NCBI GenBank assembly: GCA_963845565.1
Contig: CAWJSJ010000001.1
Location: 800,001-864,000, forward strand
Direction: 5' to 3'
Origin: an uncultured Methylomirabilota bacterium
Lineage (GTDB): Bacteria; Methylomirabilota; Methylomirabilia; Methylomirabilales; 2-02-FULL-66-22
Length of the DNA stretch: 64,000 bases
The position numbers were made by a program, and so were the translations under genes. Under the pieces are notes generated by a model, which was not told where the DNA came from, made no database searches, and was given only the letters and a program-made list of their open reading frames with translations. This document shows positions 55,358 through 64,000 of this stretch, one piece after another. How positions within the stretch are numbered: the first letter of the stretch is position 1; each line of letters begins with the position of its first letter.

Positions 55358-57128
55358 CTAGGCTACCGCCAGGCTGGCCCGCAGCACTGGTATCGCCCTT
55401 GCCGCCAGCGCGTGATTCGGCGCCAGCGTCAGCAGGTCTTGAAAGTAGGCCAGCGCTTTGGACGCGTCCCCTGCGGAGAGGGCGAGGGCTGCGAGGCTCT
55501 CGTAGATTTCGCAGGTCGTGGGCGCACGGCGTAACGCCTCCAGCAGGCTCGCTTCCGCCCCGACGGATTCCCCGCGCGCCATGCGCGTCTTGCCTTCCAG
55601 ATAGAAGATACGCGCATCGTCACCCCCTAGCGCGATGGCCTCCCGACAATGGACGAGCACTTCGTCGTGCGCGCCTCGGGATTCGGCGAGGCACGCCAGC
55701 GCGAGGTGCGCATCGGCACTTGGATCCACCCCGAGCAGGTGATTGAACGCGTCGTGCGCCTCGGCGTGCCGACCGACATGGAGGAGCCCCTCCGCGCGGA
55801 GAGCCAACCCTCGCGGGTCCACGGGTTCTGCCTCCAGGAACGGCTCCAGCGCTTCCAGCGCCTTCGCCCAATGCTGTTGGGCCGCATGAGATTCGGCCAG
55901 CGCAAGGTGCCCGCGGGGGAGCTCCTTGAAGAGGGTCTTCGCCTTCTCGAACGCCTCGACCGCTTCCCCATGCGCACCGCGAAGGCTGTGGATGCGCCCC
56001 ATCCCCAAATAGCCTTCCGGAGCGTCCGGCTGACGCCTGATGGCCTCACGGAACGCTGCCTCGGCGTCCTCGCGCAACCCGAGAGTGAGGAGACAATCCC
56101 CCTTCAGGGCCAATGCGAAGCCCAGGTCGGCCTCGTGTTCCAGCACACGCGCGCCCACCAGCTTGGTCTGTTCCCCCAACCGGACGTAGATATCCAATTC
56201 CTCGATGGCCTCGGCATGCCGACCGAGCCGCCCCAGCGCCATGGCCGCCAGGAGGTGCGGCGGGGAATAGCCGCCATCCGTCTCGGCAGCCCGGCGGCAG
56301 GCCTCGACTGCCCCTCCATAATCCTTCAACCGCAACAGGCCATTGGCCAGACCGCGGTAGGCGACCGCAGCGTTCTGTCTCGGCATCTTCGGGTTCGCAA
56401 GTGCGTTCCGGTATGCCTCAACCGCTTCGAGAATCTTGCCACCCAAGCCGAGCGCTTCCCCGTAGTGGAACATCGTCATGGGATCGTCAGGATGTTCGGC
56501 TAACTCTCGCTCCAACAGCGTCAGATTTCTCGCCTGCTTGTCCCGTTGATCCGAGAAATCCTGATGGTAGCCAAGGTGGTCGATGACGAGATCGGTCGCC
56601 GCAATCGTTCCTCCGATCCGCGCGATGGAGGGTGAGATCTGTTCGTGGACGCGCCCTTCGTACCGAATCTCCGGTCGGTTGCGAAACACCCGCGGCCACG
56701 CGTTGATGACAGCCGCCTGGCTGCGGGTGCCTTTTAGCGGACTGCGAATGTTCAGGAGATACGCTTGATACCGGTCGTCCGCCAGGAGGCTGCGAAGTTT
56801 CCGGCGCGCCTCTCGGGCCAGCGTCTCATCCGCGTCCAGCGCCAGGATCCACGAACCGCGGGCGTGTCGCACCGCCTCGTTTCGCGCCGCGGCGAAGTCG
56901 TCGCACCACGCGAAATGGAGGATCCGCGCCCCGTACTTCTCCGCCTACCGCCACGGTGTCGTCGGTGGAGCCGGTATCCACAATCACGATCTCGTCCACA
57001 ACGCCGCGGACGCTGTCCAGGCAGCGGGGCAGGTTCTTCGCCTCGTTTTTGACGATCATACAGAGCGAGAGGAGGATTCGATCTCCTCCGACGCGCACAT
57101 GCGTGCGTGACGACTTACGCTTTGCCAC
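55358..57128 (-). pseudogene. GT2-TPR glycosyltransferase split by a 1-nt insertion at 56944-56945 (pseudogene or sequence error)
   Basis: Span is 1771 nt = 590 codons + 1; removing one G from GTA-G-GCG gives DTGSTDDTVAVAEKYGARILHFAWCDDFAAARN. Confidence 0.85.
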
Positions 57129-60100
57129 TGAGGGCCTCCGATCCGTGCGGTGCGTGCTCTTGACGTCGCCGCAGTTCTGAACTCAGACGCTCCGCATCCG
57201 CGTCGCCAGGATTCAGTCGATTCCATGTCTCCAGCTCCGCCAATGCCTCCCTGCCGCGCCGTGCTTCGAGGTAGAAGTGTACCAGCAGGAACCTCCACCC
57301 ACGGTCGGTTGGGGCAAGGGATACGGCGCGTCGTAACCGCGCTTCTGCGTCCGCGGCCTGGCCGGCTCCCCACAGAGCACGCCCCCAGAGTCCCTGCACC
57401 TGAGCCGACGCCGGGAAGCCAACACCAAGCGGTTTCAGCCGCGTGAGCGCCTCGTGCCATTGCTGGCCGCTAATCGCCTGAGCCGCCGCCCGAAGCTGTT
57501 CCGGCTCTGGCTCGGGTTGTGCGACGGATGGAGACTTCGCCAACATGGCGGGTTGTGCCGGTAGGACAATGTGGCGAATTCGCTCCGGCGCGTGGATCCG
57601 CAGGTCCCACTTCCGTCGAAGAATCTCGCGGTTACGCGTGAGCAGCGCCTGGTAGTCGGCCTGCACGGCAGCAAACGTCTGGCTCCCGACGTGGTGAATG
57701 AAGACGTCCTTGGCCCACAAGAGCTTGTAACCTCGCTGCCGCACGCGCACGCAGAGATCGTCGTCCTCGTAGTTCCCCATCCCGAAGCGTTCGTCAAAGA
57801 GTCCAACCTCCTCAAACAGTTGTCGCCGAGCCGCGAGGCACACCCCCACGAGTCGGTCCACCTCCTCCCCTTGTCCGGCGTGGTCGCGCGCGATGCGCTT
57901 CGCGAACATGAGGTACTCGTCCAAGTCGTTGTAACCCGCCTCGATCTGCTGGACGGATGAGGCGTAGTTCGTCGACGAGCCGACCAAGCCGATCATCCGG
58001 TCCCGATCCAGGTGTGCAAGCAACCGCCCGGCCCACCCCGGCGAGACGACGGTGTCGTTGTTCAGGATGATCACGTACTCTCCCAACGCCGCACGGATCC
58101 CGGCGTTGCAGGCGGCCGCAAATCCCCGGTTCTCGTCAAAGCGCATGCTCGTCACGTGGTCACGCCCGCACCAGTCGGAAGTGCCGTCAGTGGACCCATT
58201 GTCCACAATCAGGATCTCGTGCGGGGTATCGGTATAGCGACGGATGGTCTCGACGCACTGCTGGGTCAGGGGCAAACCATTGTGCACCGGGATGACGATC
58301 ATGAGTTGCGGCACCAGCCGTGGTCGCGCTGGAAGCCACCGGAACCCCGCGCTCCGCCCCAAGGTATGACGGGCCGGTTCTACTCCATCCTCCCGCGCAT
58401 GTGCGGCCCGCTTCTCATTCCGTATTTCAACGACCGCTCTGGCGCGGTCGAGAATGCGTCGCCAGAGGTCTCCCACCGTGTGGCTGCCGAACCGGGACAT
58501 CATCAACTTGCGGCCCGCCTCCGCCAGTTGCACCCGCAATTCCCTGTTCTGATACAGCCGCACTACAGCGTCCGCGAATGCTTTCGCTTCTTCCGCCATA
58601 AGAACGTGTTTGCCATCCTCCAGACCCATCCCCTCAGCGCCGATCGGCGTTGTCACAATTGGGACCCCTGCCGCGAGCGCCTCCCCCACCTTCCCCTTCA
58701 TTCCGGCTCCGTACCGCAGGGGTGCCACGGAGAGCCGGCATTTTCGCAGAAACGGAAGCGTCGACGGCACGTAGCCCTCGATATGCACGTTCGGTCCTTC
58801 AAGGCGTCTGATCTCGGCCGGAGGGTGACTTCCTACGATATGCAGTGTGACTTCGGGGATTGCGGCCACGATCCTGGGAAGCACTTCCCCGCAGAACCAG
58901 AGTATCGCATCAACATTGGGCGGGTGGTGGAACCCGCCGATGAAAAGGAGTCCCTGACGCTGTTCCGCCCCCGCCTCTGGCACATTCGGAACGATGTCAT
59001 GAATGGTGGGCGCGACGTGCACCTCAAGTTCGGGCGCATCCGCGAGGAGTGCCTGCCGATCCGACTCGGTTACCGTAAGCACCAGATCCGCGGCGCGACA
59101 CATGGTGAGCTCGCGCCGTTTCTCCACTTCAGCCACCCAGAACAGGTCGTCCGTGTGGGCCAGCTGGGCCTTGCGCCACTCCCGAAGAAAGTGAACGTCC
59201 ACCGTATCGAGCACGAAACATGAACGATCAGCGACCTCCTTGATGAAGGAAAGATACTGATGAGCGACGTGGTGAAAGCTGACAATGACCGCCAGGAACC
59301 GATTCTCCCGAAGAAGCGATGCGACATCCACCGGAGGGGCATCAACCGGGGTCCCGAGCAGGCTCAGTCGCTCGGGATCCGGTGCGAAGACGGTCACGCC
59401 CATCACTTCCAGGTCGCGGATGTAGCGCCGGTCGGTGACGTTTCGTCCGAGGTAGGCGATGTCGAAATCCTTGCTGAGTTCTTTGATCGTCAAATAGATC
59501 CGGAGTTCGCCGGCCGCGGTGTCGTGCGCGGGAACGAGCGGGCCGATGAAGAGCAATTTGTCGCGACCGCGCTGGACAGGCAAGGCGTACGCCGACCGAC
59601 GCTTTCGCGATAAGACGTGCTGCCATTTCTCCACGAAGAGCGGCCGATTCCGGTCCTGCAATTGCCGCGATCGACTGGACTGCTCCACGCCCTTGCCGGC
59701 CGTGCCCCCCTCCAGGTGGACTACCACGGCGGTAGGTTCGTACAGGACCTTGAAACCCGCTTCCGCGGCGGCAAAGCACAGGTCGGCGTCCTCGTAGTAG
59801 GCGGGGTGGTAACGCTCGTCTAGGTACCCTACCCGATCGAGCACATCACGCTTAATATAGAGGCACGCGCCGGAACAATAATCCGTTTCGCGTACCTGGT
59901 TGTAAATCCAGCGCTCGGGATCGTCCAGCCTTCCGATGTTACGACCGCTGCCGTCTTGGAATATCTCGCCGCCCGCTTCTTGGAGGCGCCCGTCGGGGTA
60001 GATCAGTTTTGCGCCGACGATCCCGACCTCTGGGACGCTGTAGGCTCGATCGGCCAGCGCGGTCAACCAGCCTGGCTGCACGTGGGTGTCGTTATTCAGG

Positions 60101-60363
60101 AGGACCACGTCGTGGTGCGGGAACCGCCCCATGACCAGGTTGTTCCCTTTCACGAAGCCTACGTTCTCCTCGAGAAGGATCGGGGCCACGCCATCCGCCA
60201 GACGCTGCAGAAACCGTTGGGTCCCGTCCGTGGATCCCTGCTCGATGACGCACACCGTGTGCGGATAGTCGGTGTGCTTCCGAACAGCCCTCAGGCACTC
60301 CCTGAGGAGATGGAGACCATTCCAGCTCAGGATGGCGATCACTACGGGCCGTCTTTCCACCAC
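57115..60363 (-). CDS. Multidomain glycosyltransferase GT2-GT4-GT2-TPR, 1082 aa
   Basis: LLNNDT...YYEDADLC; GGFHHPPNVDA...GAGMKGKV; ILNNDT...NYEDDDLC; C-terminal TPR. Confidence 0.9.
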   Translation of the reverse strand: MVERRPVVIAILSWNGLHLLRECLRAVRKHTDYPHTVCVIEQGSTDGTQRFLQRLADGVAPILLEENVGFVKGNNLVMGRFPHHDVVLLNNDTHVQPGWLTALADRAYSVPEVGIVGAKLIYPDGRLQEAGGEIFQDGSGRNIGRLDDPERWIYNQVRETDYCSGACLYIKRDVLDRVGYLDERYHPAYYEDADLCFAAAEAGFKVLYEPTAVVVHLEGGTAGKGVEQSSRSRQLQDRNRPLFVEKWQHVLSRKRRSAYALPVQRGRDKLLFIGPLVPAHDTAAGELRIYLTIKELSKDFDIAYLGRNVTDRRYIRDLEVMGVTVFAPDPERLSLLGTPVDAPPVDVASLLRENRFLAVIVSFHHVAHQYLSFIKEVADRSCFVLDTVDVHFLREWRKAQLAHTDDLFWVAEVEKRRELTMCRAADLVLTVTESDRQALLADAPELEVHVAPTIHDIVPNVPEAGAEQRQGLLFIGGFHHPPNVDAILWFCGEVLPRIVAAIPEVTLHIVGSHPPAEIRRLEGPNVHIEGYVPSTLPFLRKCRLSVAPLRYGAGMKGKVGEALAAGVPIVTTPIGAEGMGLEDGKHVLMAEEAKAFADAVVRLYQNRELRVQLAEAGRKLMMSRFGSHTVGDLWRRILDRARAVVEIRNEKRAAHAREDGVEPARHTLGRSAGFRWLPARPRLVPQLMIVIPVHNGLPLTQQCVETIRRYTDTPHEILIVDNGSTDGTSDWCGRDHVTSMRFDENRGFAAACNAGIRAALGEYVIILNNDTVVSPGWAGRLLAHLDRDRMIGLVGSSTNYASSVQQIEAGYNDLDEYLMFAKRIARDHAGQGEEVDRLVGVCLAARRQLFEEVGLFDERFGMGNYEDDDLCVRVRQRGYKLLWAKDVFIHHVGSQTFAAVQADYQALLTRNREILRRKWDLRIHAPERIRHIVLPAQPAMLAKSPSVAQPEPEPEQLRAAAQAISGQQWHEALTRLKPLGVGFPASAQVQGLWGRALWGAGQAADAEARLRRAVSLAPTDRGWRFLLVHFYLEARRGREALAELETWNRLNPGDADAERLSSELRRRQEHAPHGSEALSGKA

Positions 60364-60463
60364 TCTGCTCCTGTCCCGTCTCCCATCTCACGGGCGGGCC
60401 GACCGCGTTGAAAAGTGGGCACTGCCGCGCCGCCGGTCGGCAATACCGCCGGTCGCGAAATGG

Positions 60464-63418
60464 CTACCGCGGCGTCCTCGCGCAACGATCCGTCCCGGAA
60501 CTGAACTTCCCTGCGCCGGCCGCCGGCATGGCCCTCCCGTCAGTCTTCCCGTCGCCGCAGAGGTCCTGCGGAGCCTCAGCGACGGCAACAGCCATCTGTG
60601 CGATACACCTCGCGTCTCTCGGGGCGTCGCGGCGCGCCGTCAGGACGATCTGCGGATCGCCCAGATATCCGAAGGCGGATGACCAGAGGAGATGTAGGGT
60701 CGGGTCCGAGACACCGGAAACCGTTAGGCTCGGAAGGAGGTCCCAGCCGAATATGCGATACAGCAAACACCCGCGTTCTGGATCGTTCGGGTCTCCGTGG
60801 TATTCGGGCGGAGCGCAGTGGCGAATCGTTCCATCAGGTTCCAGCACCGCACGTGTGATGGTCGCATCTGCGTCGGTTGCGAAGGGTACGGTGAGCAGGA
60901 GCGCGCCTCCGGGAGCGAGAATGCGCGCGAACTCCGCAAGGGCCGCCCGATAGTTCCCCACGTGCTCGAGCACGTCGAAACACAATACGAAGTCTACCGA
61001 GGCGTCGCCGAGGGTCAACGCCGTGACGTCCTCGTTGCGGATTCCCCGTGCGTCGTGCTGGCCGCGAGGAATGCGATCCCCCAGATATTCGCTCCCGATC
61101 GTCTGCGGATATCGCGACACCAAGTGTTGATACAGAGGAGTGAGCTGCTCGGTCACGTAAACGCGACTGTGACTCTCTGGACGACCCAACCGGTCGAATA
61201 GGTGAAGGGCGGCCCGCGTGCGGTTGTTCAGCCCGCACCGTGGGCACACGACACGCTCCCGCCAGTTCGGTTGTCGCACTCCATCCCGCACCAACGCCGC
61301 ATACGCGTCGATGAGAAATTCCGCTGGTTGCCGGCAGACGGAGCAGTACCCACGCCGAGTGAAGCGCTCCCAATCGACGGGGAGGCGGCTGCTCACAGCG
61401 GCCTGTGCCTCGCACAGGCGTTCGCGCACGTCCCTGGACTGGTCGAACTCCGCCTTGCAGCCAGCCCGGAGCCATACCAACTCCTGTTCCGGTGCCGCGG
61501 CGATCCTACCGCTCACCCCAGGCCCGCCATGAGCGAATTCGCCCTCGGATGCATGGGGACCGCCCGCCGCGTCCGGAGTGAAATCGGCACAGCCGTCTCC
61601 GGACCCATCCTCCCTGCTGTCGCATGAGTCGCGTGCGGACCGATCCGTCCGCGCGCCCTGGTCTCGGAGTCGACGCAGATTGACCCGCGCGGGTTCGTGC
61701 TGGGGGGCCGCCGCCAGGACGGCGGCAAGCAACCGCTCCGCCTCGGCCAGACGCCCCACATGCATGTACCCGCAGGCCAGGTTGCTCACCCGGTCGGGAT
61801 CGGGCCGTAGCTTCACCCCCTCCTCGAGTTGCGCCAGACCTTCCGCCGTCTCGCCCAGCGACAAAAGGGCTAGGCCCAAACCGGATCTCGCCGCAGCGCA
61901 CACGGGTTCGCGTGTCAGAACCTCAATGAAGGCTTCACACGCCTCTGACCACGCCCCGGTGTGCAACGCTTGATCGCCCCTGTCGAGGGCGGATGGTTGT
62001 TCCGGTGTTGGCGCAACCGCCCGCACAGCGCTGCTCGGAGACAGGAGCCCCTCCCACGACACCGGGAGATCCACCTCGGGGTGACCGCATCGCTCCCACA
62101 GTTTCGCCCATGAGAGAAACCGATAGAACGCCATGCACACACTCAAGACAAGACTGTGGACCCCGTCTTTATGGGGCTCGTAGCGGCTGCGCAACTCGGC
62201 TGCCGCCGCTTCCATGGCGTGGGGCCAGGTGAATTTCTCCCCCGCCGCCAAGAGCTTCTCCGCTTCGAACTCCGTGTAGGTGTTCAGCCGTTCGACGAAT
62301 TCTCGCAAATCGCGATAGTTGTAGTGGAGCAGAACCGCCTCGGATGGGCCGACGAGGTTCTCGACCCGTCCGCGAACAATGGGCACGGCATGGACCTCGC
62401 GCGGCCAAGACACCACCCCGGATCGAAATAGCCGCATATGCCATTCGACATCCGTTCCCCAACCCGTGCCTGTCATCCATCGACCCGCAATGAAATTGCG
62501 CCGGGGGACGCGATAGCCGACAATGTCCTCGCTCGTGGTCATCGCGTGCTGTACCAACTGCGCCAGTTCTGCCGTCACCCGTTCGTCCGCATCGAGGAGG
62601 AATATCCACTCGCCGCGGGCCTGATCGATGGCAAATTGGCGAGCCGGCTCGACCACCCCCGTTCGCTCGTGAGACAGGATCCGGCCGGTGTATCGACGAG
62701 CGATCTCTACCGTCCGATCGTCGCTTCGCATGTCCACCACGACGATCTCGTCCGCAAACCCTTCGAGGCTACGCAGGCAGTCCTCCAGGTCACGTTCCTC
62801 GTTCAGGGTGTTGATCACAACCGAAAGGCGGGGGGCCGAGGTGGCGACACCGGCATTCGCGTCGTCCGGCGCGGAAAGACGCCGGGTCGGCATCCGGAAA
62901 CCGGGTTTCATCGCGACCGCGTTAAGGTTCACCACCACCGGTTCCTCCCCGTACCGACACTTGGATACCACGACGTTCTCGAAGCCCGCGCCCTCGAGTT
63001 CCCCGATCACTCCCTGTGCGGTAAAGATGTCCTTGTGAACTTGGAAGGGAACGTCGCTCGGCGAATACTTCCCATGGGTGTATCGCCAGACCTCGTCGAG
63101 ATTGAAGACCGCGCTCTGGATCCCAGCGCGCCGATGGCAATACGCCTCGACGACTGCGTCGAAATCCGGAATCCAATTGATCGTCAGGCGCCCGCCGGGG
63201 CACAGAATCCTGAACCATTCTCTAAGCGCCCCGGGCCGCTCGTGGCGGTATAGGTGTTCATACGCCGCATCCATTCGGATCTCGTCCACGGAGTCGTCGT
63301 CATACATGGGTAGCCGCACGACGTCCGCCACAAGATCGGTCGCCCGAGACGGGACGACGTCTATGTTGATGTAACCCTCCAAGTGCTTCGGACCGCAGCC
63401 GAGGTTGAGCCTCTTCAT
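60464..63418 (-). CDS. Methyltransferase-GT2-TPR-(Cys motif)-methyltransferase fusion, 984 aa
   Basis: RLNLGCG, EHL, ILCPGG; GT2 LLDADE; TPR; CSVC...CPRC; FDVLEHV, ILAPGG. Confidence 0.85.
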   Translation of the reverse strand: MKRLNLGCGPKHLEGYINIDVVPSRATDLVADVVRLPMYDDDSVDEIRMDAAYEHLYRHERPGALREWFRILCPGGRLTINWIPDFDAVVEAYCHRRAGIQSAVFNLDEVWRYTHGKYSPSDVPFQVHKDIFTAQGVIGELEGAGFENVVVSKCRYGEEPVVVNLNAVAMKPGFRMPTRRLSAPDDANAGVATSAPRLSVVINTLNEERDLEDCLRSLEGFADEIVVVDMRSDDRTVEIARRYTGRILSHERTGVVEPARQFAIDQARGEWIFLLDADERVTAELAQLVQHAMTTSEDIVGYRVPRRNFIAGRWMTGTGWGTDVEWHMRLFRSGVVSWPREVHAVPIVRGRVENLVGPSEAVLLHYNYRDLREFVERLNTYTEFEAEKLLAAGEKFTWPHAMEAAAAELRSRYEPHKDGVHSLVLSVCMAFYRFLSWAKLWERCGHPEVDLPVSWEGLLSPSSAVRAVAPTPEQPSALDRGDQALHTGAWSEACEAFIEVLTREPVCAAARSGLGLALLSLGETAEGLAQLEEGVKLRPDPDRVSNLACGYMHVGRLAEAERLLAAVLAAAPQHEPARVNLRRLRDQGARTDRSARDSCDSREDGSGDGCADFTPDAAGGPHASEGEFAHGGPGVSGRIAAAPEQELVWLRAGCKAEFDQSRDVRERLCEAQAAVSSRLPVDWERFTRRGYCSVCRQPAEFLIDAYAALVRDGVRQPNWRERVVCPRCGLNNRTRAALHLFDRLGRPESHSRVYVTEQLTPLYQHLVSRYPQTIGSEYLGDRIPRGQHDARGIRNEDVTALTLGDASVDFVLCFDVLEHVGNYRAALAEFARILAPGGALLLTVPFATDADATITRAVLEPDGTIRHCAPPEYHGDPNDPERGCLLYRIFGWDLLPSLTVSGVSDPTLHLLWSSAFGYLGDPQIVLTARRDAPRDARCIAQMAVAVAEAPQDLCGDGKTDGRAMPAAGAGKFSSGTDRCARTPR

Positions 63419-64000
63419 CTGGCACGCCCGTTCTCGCCGCAGGCCAATGGTCCGTGTTCTGCAAGAGCCAGATCATTCGATCTCACGCCAAGTCGCACCA
63501 CTCCCCGCCCTGGGTCGTGTTCGTCCTGGGCACCCGGGAGTGCCGTATGGTGTGGCGCGGTCGCTGTCATCTCCACGCGTTCAAGGCCTCGAGTCGCGTC
63601 GGAATCCATCGGCGCAATGTCTAACGCTGCCCGATACGCCAGAGCCGCAGCCGCCGGAACGCCGCGCCTCTCCGCGGCAAGTCCAAGTCCCACCAACGAC
63701 CGGGTGTCGGCGGGGTTTACGCGCACCTGCCGCTCGAAGGTGTTGTAAGCCTCGACATACCGCCCGGCCCGCAACAGATCCCAAGCCGGACCATTGCCGT
63801 TTGAAACGGACTCCCACTCAGAGGCAAGGTTCGCCGGGTCCAGAACTGTTCCGCGTTCCACGGTATAGGCCCGGGTCGACAGCGGCGCGGGATCAAATGG
63901 GGGGGGCGCGACCGTACTCGTGGTCGTCGCGCAGAGGACCGCGCCAGCGCGGTCTCCACCCGTGCTCATCCCGCCCCCCACCCGAGCCAGGGCCCGACTC
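63415..64000 (-). CDS. TPR-containing protein (possibly 5'-truncated by the window edge)
   Basis: Frame is open to the window end; GRYVEAYNTF..NPADTRSLVGLG..AYRAALDIAP; ATGA overlap with the next gene. Confidence 0.6.
   Translation of the reverse strand, partial: SRALARVGGGMSTGGDRAGAVLCATTTSTVAPPPFDPAPLSTRAYTVERGTVLDPANLASEWESVSNGNGPAWDLLRAGRYVEAYNTFERQVRVNPADTRSLVGLGLAAERRGVPAAAALAYRAALDIAPMDSDATRGLERVEMTATAPHHTALPGAQDEHDPGRGVVRLGVRSNDLALAEHGPLACGENGRAR

Noticed and set aside
1..64000. CRISPR arrays, tRNA/rRNA, IS/transposase, integrase, or an injectisome interpretation of the T3SS genes
   Set aside because: No spaced repeats, RNA-gene signatures or recombinase motifs seen; the export genes are embedded with hook, rod, flagellin and stator genes and are flagellar

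Overview
GC-rich bacterial window dominated by a ~43 kb minus-strand flagellar locus (6.1-49.4 kb). In coordinate order it holds: motAB; nine tightly coupled, mostly uncharacterised genes downstream of fliA; the fliL-fliM-fliY/N-fliOPQR-flhBAFG-fliA block headed by a sigma54 activator; cheY-flgBC-fliEFGHIJ-motE-fliK-flgDE; a five-gene signalling island; and fliC-fliS-fliD-fliT-flaG. The signalling island encodes an NtrC-type bEBP, a pseudo-receiver kinase, a hybrid kinase with an AirS-like Cys-rich GAF, a REC-GAF-HD-GYP protein and a REC-SHOCT protein. Upstream of fliC is a >14 kb island of large multidomain glycosyltransferase/TPR/methyltransferase genes (one frameshifted), most likely for flagellin glycosylation. 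The left end carries a phosphoribosyltransferase and a BMP-family binding protein, divergent from a gdhA + PPDK_N-only dikinase-like pair. The most striking non-coding signals are a sigma28 promoter followed by a ~185-nt fliC leader with six ANGGA (CsrA-type) motifs, four in hairpin loops, and three sigma54-like -24/-12 elements in the flgE-bEBP spacer. No tRNA, rRNA, CRISPR array or mobile element was recognised. All calls come from motif recognition by eye; no searches were run.
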